NCBI GenBank assembly: GCA_964252035.1
Contig: OZ176206.1
From: Podarcis erhardii
Taxonomy: Eukaryota
Strand: one strand, 5' to 3'
Length of the DNA: 64,000 nucleotides
Shown piece after piece: positions 57,812 to 64,000 of this stretch. The notes under the pieces were generated by a model that searched no databases, was not told the DNA's origin, and was given only the letters and a program-made list of their open reading frames with translations. The position numbers were made by a program, and so were the translations under genes. Position 1 is the stretch's first letter, and each line of letters begins with the position of its first letter.

Positions 57812-58150
57812 GTATGTGGGGCTACCTTTGAAGTTGGGCAAGAGGCTTCAGCTGGTGCAGAACTTAGTGGCCAAGTTGCTTGTGGGGGGAAACTACTGCC
57901 TTGCTTGCAGGATTTGCAGTGGCTGCCAAGCTGCTACGCAAGTTCAAGGTGTTGGTACTAACATAAAAGGCTCAGGGCGAGGTTACCTGAGAGATTTTCT
58001 TATCTTGTACATGTCCTTTATGCCCTGTGTTCTGCAGGAGCATCTCTCCTCAAAGTGCCAGAAATACCAGAAACCTCCTCCACAGTCCCTGCTTTGTGGA
58101 ACAGCATCCCTGTTGAGATAAGACAGGCATCCACTCTCTGGACTTTCAGG
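57812..58150 (+). mobile_element. L2 ORF2 C-terminal fragment
   Basis: YVGLPLKLGKRLQLVQNLVAKLL. Confidence 0.8.
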
Positions 58151-59329
58151 AAACAGATTTTGCCAGGCAACACTTCTTTCCCTCAGGGTGGCCACCTTGG
58201 GAGGGTCTCTGCAGAAGTGCAATGGGGTTAGAGAGGCAGGTGCTGTTGTCTTGGTCCTAACAACCCCTCAGTCCCAAATCCATCAGTGCTCACCATTTCT
58301 CTCAACAAGTCCCACGCTTGTCTACTCTTCCCAAATCCAGCCTCTTGTGTTTGCTTAATGTGTAGACATCACCTTGTTTTCAGGTGGCTTTTATTACTAT
58401 TATTATTACATAAAGTATTCATATCCAGCCTCTCTCTCTCATGTTGGGTTCCAAGGTGGATTACTGTACTGTGTTTCAAAACATTACTAAATACAAAGGA
58501 ATAAAGACAAACTAGTTAAGAACTGTAATTACATTAGAACCAGCATTTAAACTACACTTTGCCCTGTATTTTACAGCTGCCTTTGCTGTTATTCCACCAC
58601 TTTGACTTTGAATAGCTCCCTTCTTAAGGCCCTTCTTGCTGGAGGTGCACTGGAAGGCTCTGCTGATGAGTTATGGGCTCTGCTCTGCCCTGCCCTTCTC
58701 CTCTGCATGCCTCTTTAGAAAGCTGAGCTTCTTCCTTACAGAGCAGTCTAAATCCAGCCAGATAGGGGCACAGTCACTATCCACCATCTCCACAGTAGCC
58801 CTGTTTTTCAAGCTAGCTTCGGCAGAAGGTGGCGGTGGGTAGGTAAAATCCTGCTTTGATTTATTTACTGATTATTTCTCTATGCCACTTTTTCATTCAA
58901 ACAAATCCTCAAGAGATTTACAAACAATAATAACATGATAGAGCATACTAGAACATCAACATATACAGCTTAAATCACATAGAATAATTAACAAACCATC
59001 AACAAAACAATTGGTAAAACACTGTGAACAAAGCAGCAAATAAAAAAAAAGCTAAATATCCACACTTAAAGCAAAAGTCATCTTATATGATTGACAAATC
59101 AATACAGCATTTATAATCATAAAATAATATTAACGGCATTAACAAAATTGCAACCAAAAAATAAAGTAAGCACTGTTAAGTTCATATGCACATCTCGACA
59201 CCCCCATGACTCATAATCTTACACTCTCTTGTTCTTATTTAAATACACATACACATAATGCTGGTGGCAGCAACTCCCTTCTGGAGCTGGTGTAGCCACT
59301 GAGATGTTTTAGGCTGCCACCAGCAGGAG

Positions 59330-59567
59330 CATAGCTGTCAACTTACAGATTTGAAAATAAGGGACCAGCAGCCTCGAAAATAAGGGATCAGCAGCCAAAA
59401 TAAGGGATTTTCCAGGCACAGGTATGTTCAACTTCTCAGCCCTTCTGAGCTAAAGGCAGAAAGCCCAGCCAGCAGCCAAACGAAGCCTCATCAATAAGGA
59501 ACAGCAGCGGGACATGGCGCTGGGATAAGGGACTGTCCCGCCAAATAAGGGACACTTGACAGCTATG
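59330..59567. mobile_element. hAT MITE with subterminal AAATAAGGGA repeats
   Basis: TIR CATAGCTGTCAA / TTGACAGCTATG; perfect 8-bp TSD AGCAGGAG. Confidence 0.9.
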
Positions 59568-61984
59568 AGCAGGAGGCCCACCAGTGGCTCTCCTGCACTT
59601 TCAATGCTGCATCCACCACCATCCCTAGCATGGTGGATTGTGGGTTTATATTGTGCCCTTAACCTTTCTGATGGACTAAGTTTTAACTTCATTGTTCTTT
59701 CATGAAAAAATAAATAGACCAGCAGTTCAGATAAACTTTACAAGAACTGCATTTAATCAAAGGACTTTGCCAAGCAGCTCTTTGGCCAGCTAACTAACAA
59801 GAACAATGCAAAACCTAAGCTGCTGGATCAAAATAAAGCTTCTGGCAGGCTCAGTTTCTCTGAACATGAAAATAAGCTTTGGGAAACATGAGGTGCTAGA
59901 CTGGAGTCAATCAATAATTTTTTATTGCATATAGCCAAAGGCCTTTCAATGTACAGCAGAGGGCAAAAGCACCTCGTCTGGAGTCAGTAAGGTTAACAAT
60001 ATGATTGACAGTACAGTATTGTAGTCTACTATATTGTGCAGCGGAGACTTTTGAATAATGTAACAACAAATATATTTCAAGGAGGTATCTAATGTTCAAA
60101 TTTTAAGATAGCTGGCTTTTGGGGACATTGCCCCCCTACCCTGTCTTAGAAGAGACATCCCTGTGGCTTCTCATGCCACACAAACCCTTCCACAAGTCCT
60201 GTTTTAAAATCCGTAACTATAACACAATAACAGTGATGGAGAATCCAAACCTTTGTGCCAGATGGATGCCTTCACAGGTCTTCCTTCCCCTCCCTCTGTT
60301 AACAGAGGGCTCCATGGCCTCTGGACCAGATGGTACCAGGTCACTTCATGTCAAGGAATATGTCCAACCTCCTGAGGTGTAGAGGTGGCTTTTCTTCCCT
60401 CTGTCCCTTTTTCTGATGTGGAGTCTGTCCAGCTGGGATTTCACATTGCCTTGTGCTGTTAACCCCCGCTCTCAATGCCATTGAGAGGAATTTCCGCTGT
60501 GTTTCTTCCCTCTGCTCTTCAACTTCTTGTATTAAAGTCATCTGAAAGGCTTCGCTGTTGCCTTCTAGCACCTGATGAAGGGCAGGTGAGCTCTTGCCCA
60601 ACAGTGCAAGATTGCAGAGCGAGTCCAAATCCAGGCAACAGCGGAGCCAGCCCCATACCCACAACCCTTCTTAAAGTTTATACCAGTTGCTTGCAGCAGT
60701 ATAGAGGCCTCATTCCTGCTGCTGGTGCTCTAATGTGATGAACAAGGGGAAAGCACAGCAGTGAAAATGAAAGTGTGTGTGTGTGAATGAGCTTCCAAAG
60801 GTTAGCCACACTGTGTGCTGGCAAAAGAATGTAGTCCTGTTCCCTTGTGTTCAAACTGCCTCCTCCCCCACCTCAATTTTCTAAAAGTGTAGCTTTAATT
60901 ACACATTTCCTGCTTGCAGGTTCATCCCATTCTCTGCTTCCTGAGAGGCAAGGGTGAGGGTCTGGTAACTGATAGCCTATTAACTGCCCCTGATATAACC
61001 TCTTTTCACTGTTCCAATGTCAAGTTTCTGTTCTTGCAGGGGGAAAGGCTTTATTTTCATTCTTTAACAGAACAAAATTGCTTTGCTATAAGAAGGAAGG
61101 GTTGCCATCCCACCTCACAAGGTTGCTGTGATGAGAAAAAGAGAGTAGCTTGGAAGAAGTGCAGAATAAAGATTTGATAGGCATCAAGGCACAATAAATG
61201 AGGTAGTATTACCACTAACTGTTCAGCTGCCTTGATCAGGAAGCGATAACACAATTTGAATCTACTCGGAGGAAGCAGTTAATTAACTGTTGGAATCCTT
61301 TGCTGAATAGAGCTTACTTGTGAGTAAATGCTATAGAATCTTGGCCATCGGGAAGAGCATCGCAGGATAATGAGCACTATGTCAAGCACTTGTGTAGAGC
61401 CACCATTAACTGGGAAAGCAGGGCCTCAGGAACACCAAGGAGGTTCCCCCAGAAGCAACAGGCATGAAAGCCAAGAGGCTGCCTGAAGGACAAACCTGTG
61501 GGGAGGGGGAAGGCGGGGGGGGGGGCAACTTGCCCTAATTCTGGAGCAGTTAATGCATTGGCTGGTTCAGCAGCAGACAGCATCTGGCTGCTGTAGACAG
61601 GCTGCCCTTCTGTCCCTTGGAGAGCCCACAGCATTAATCCAGACCCCTGTAGGCCCGCAAAGCTGCTCAGCATGGAATGAAGGTGATTAAGAGTCAGCAA
61701 GATAAACATTTTTCATTGCCAAGATAATCCAATGGCTTTTTGATCTGGCTTGGCAGAGGATAGGGAGGGAAGAGGGAAGCCTTTCTGATCTGAATGAGCA
61801 GCTTCTGCTGGGATGAGCAGGAGGTCAGCAGTGGGCTTGTTTATGGTTCCCACAGATGGGAGGAGACCAGAGAGTTCCCAGAGCTTTTCTTTCAAATCCT
61901 CTCCTGCTTCTGATCTCGCCAATGTAGCCTGGAACTTAACTTTCCTCTTGGCCAAGGTAGTGCAGGCTTCTGCATTGATTTATT

Positions 61985-62195
61985 TCATTCCATTCCATTT
62001 CTATCCCACCTTTTCATCCAAGTAATTTAAGGTGGTGTACGTGGTTCTCCCTCACCTCATTTAATTCTCACAACAACCCTGTGAGGTAGGTTAGGCTGAG
62101 AGGCAGAAACTGGCCCAAAGTCACCTAGGCAGCTTCATAGCCGAGTGCAAATATGAACCCCAATCTCCTAGTCCAACGCTCACCACTACACCATG
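61985..62195 (-). mobile_element. MIR-like CORE SINE
   Basis: ctcacaacaaccctgtgaggtaggttaggctgagagg core. Confidence 0.75.
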
Positions 62196-62703
62196 TTGAC
62201 TCTCAGTATGCTGGGTGCACCTTGTGGGCGCATGGATAGCAGAGGTCTCCCTGTATGCTCAGAGTGGGGGTCCCATACAGACTTCCACCTCTCCTGTGTC
62301 CAAAAGGTGGCCAGTTCAAGTCAGCCACACCCCACCAAAATGCCTAGGGAGGGGGGTTTCATTTATTTGGCCACCAGTGTGTTCTAGTAGTGAGTTGCCA
62401 GAAATCTTAGCCTTTGTGCTGCGGCTGAATCATTTCCTAGCTATAGATTTCACCTATTGAGAGCTTTTTGCACATGGGCATTTCTGCCAACTTTACTTTC
62501 AGCCATGTTGGAAGGGGTGCATTTATTCCCACAAACTAAGGGATCAGAGTGAACTGAGGGTCTGATGCATTCCCACTCCATGTTTCTCTTCACAGTAGAT
62601 GTTAAACTACCCCAGGTGGCTACACAGAGCAGGGTTTATTTAAACTATTTTTACCCCACACTTTAGCTGAAAGTGCTCCCAGAGCAGCTAACAAAAATCA
62701 GTA

Positions 62704-62945
62704 CAGTGGTACTTTGGGTTAAGTACTTAATTCGTTCCGGAGGTCCGTTCTTAACCTGAAACTGTTCTTAACCTGAAGCACCACTTTAGCTAATGGGGCC
62801 TCCTGCTGCCACTGCGCCGCCGCTGCACGATTTTTGTTCTTATCCTGAAGCAAAGTTCTTAACCCGAGGTACTATTTCTGGGTTAGCAGAGTCTGTAACC
62901 TGAAGCGTATGTAACCTGAAGCGTATGTAACCCGAGGTACCACTG
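62704..62945. mobile_element. Tigger/pogo-like MITE (family B)
   Basis: TA|CAGTGGTAC ... GAGGTACCACTG|TA; internal gtaacctgaagcgtat duplicated. Confidence 0.92.
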
Positions 62946-62947
62946 TA

Positions 62948-63106
62948 CAGTCGAACCTCCATTTTACATAACCCAACTTCGGGATGCACGCGTGGCAAAC
63001 CCGGAAGTATTTTACTGGGTTTCGCCCCCGCGCATGTGCAGAAGCGGACCTCGGGATCCGACCAGACCTCCGGAACGGATCCAATCTGCAACCGGAGGTA
63101 CCACTG
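62948..63106. mobile_element. Tigger/pogo-like MITE (family C), sharing a TA with the previous copy
   Basis: CAGTCGAACCTCC ... GGAGGTACCACTG|TA. Confidence 0.8.
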
Positions 63107-63209
63107 TAGTAAGAAACTCAGACTTACTATCTCAAAATATGTTGCACGTGAGGGAAATTAATATATAAATAAAAACAAACATTCCCTTTTCCCAGGCCTT
63201 TGCTAATTA

Positions 63210-63468
63210 CCATATTTTTTGCTCTATAAGACTCACTTTTTCCCTCCTAAAAAGTAATGGAAAATTTGTGTGCGTCTTATGGAGCGAATGCAGGCTGCAC
63301 AGCTATCCCAGAAGCCAGAACAGCAAGAGGTATTGCTGCTTTCACTGTGCAGCGATCCCTCTTGCTGTTCTGGCTTCTGAGATTCAGAATATTTTTTTTC
63401 TTGTTTTCCTCCTCCCAAAACTAGGTGCGTCTTGTGGTCTGGTGCGTCTTATAGAGCAAAAAATACGG
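63210..63468. mobile_element. Tc2/pogo-like MITE
   Basis: TA|CCATATTTTTTGCTCTATAAGAC ... GTCTTATAGAGCAAAAAATACGG|TA. Confidence 0.85.
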
Positions 63469-64000
63469 TAAATAATCTATGGCCTTTTAAACAATGTGAG
63501 GTATTTTTATTTTGTTCGTTTCTTACAATGTTATGCATTTTTGTGTTTTTACATTGTAAACGGCCCTGTTACTCTCAAATGCAGGGCAATATAGAAATAT
63601 AATAATGATAATCAGTAAATAATAATAAGAGATCGGGGGGAGAGAGAGAAAGCAAGTGCTTAAAAGTTGCAGTTCTACAAATGTTGGTGTGAGGGGGCTG
63701 TCCAAAACTTGGAGATACTAACGAAAAGGGGTGCCAACCCCATGAAGGATGTTACCATTGCTTAGTTCTTTTCTAGTTTTGTTTTTTCTCCCTCTGGACT
63801 GCTCAGGCCATGGATAAATGGTGGGATCCCACCCAACCTTCAGGATACAGCTTCTGATATGCGGGGGGGGGGGGGGGCAGGACCAGCTGCCTTATGACTC
63901 CCCCCCCCCTTGCAACTGAGCATTCTCTGTTATTTGCTCCATCTTGGCCTGGATGGGCCTGGGACCTGCTTCTTCTTCCTGCCTGTTTTATCGAACTGGA

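Noticed and set aside
59350-59410. Regularly spaced AAATAAGGGA units as a CRISPR-like array
   Set aside because: Eukaryotic DNA; spacers are near-identical and lie inside a hAT MITE
61200-61209. TGAGGTAGTA let-7-like 5' end
   Set aside because: Only 10 nt match and no precursor hairpin
54500-64000. SLC9A5, PLEKHG4, KCTD19 or AGRP exons expected from synteny
   Set aside because: No matching peptide found in the ORF track or by hand translation

Overview
Vertebrate genomic DNA, very probably from a lacertid lizard (Podarcis/Lacerta-like). That assignment is inferred from the repeats: Sauria SINE, squamate CR1/L2/Penelope fragments, tRNA-Lys/CR1 SINE and CAGTGGTACC Tigger-like MITEs. The window holds a complete minus-strand FHOD1 formin gene (ATG 53820 to TGA 21788). 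I traced 22 coding exons by hand into one open frame of 3825 nt (1274 aa), plus two in-frame cassette exons (24 and 54 nt) and one GC-AG intron. About 18 kb downstream, on the same strand, are the promoter and coding exon 1 of HSD11B2 (3032-2768); the rest of that gene lies off the left edge. A CpG-island promoter with bidirectional-type motifs sits at 53.3-54.5 kb, and there is a 128-N gap at 25124-25251. The least explained object is a young-looking 1137-bp insertion at 8630-9766 between the two genes. It has a perfect 17-bp target-site duplication, no recognisable ORF, a near-consensus CTCF site and YY1 motif at its 5' tip, three 5' hairpins and an L1-type AATAAA tail, consistent with a non-autonomous L1-mobilised element carrying an insulator motif. 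All family and orthologue assignments rest on recalled sequences, not database searches.
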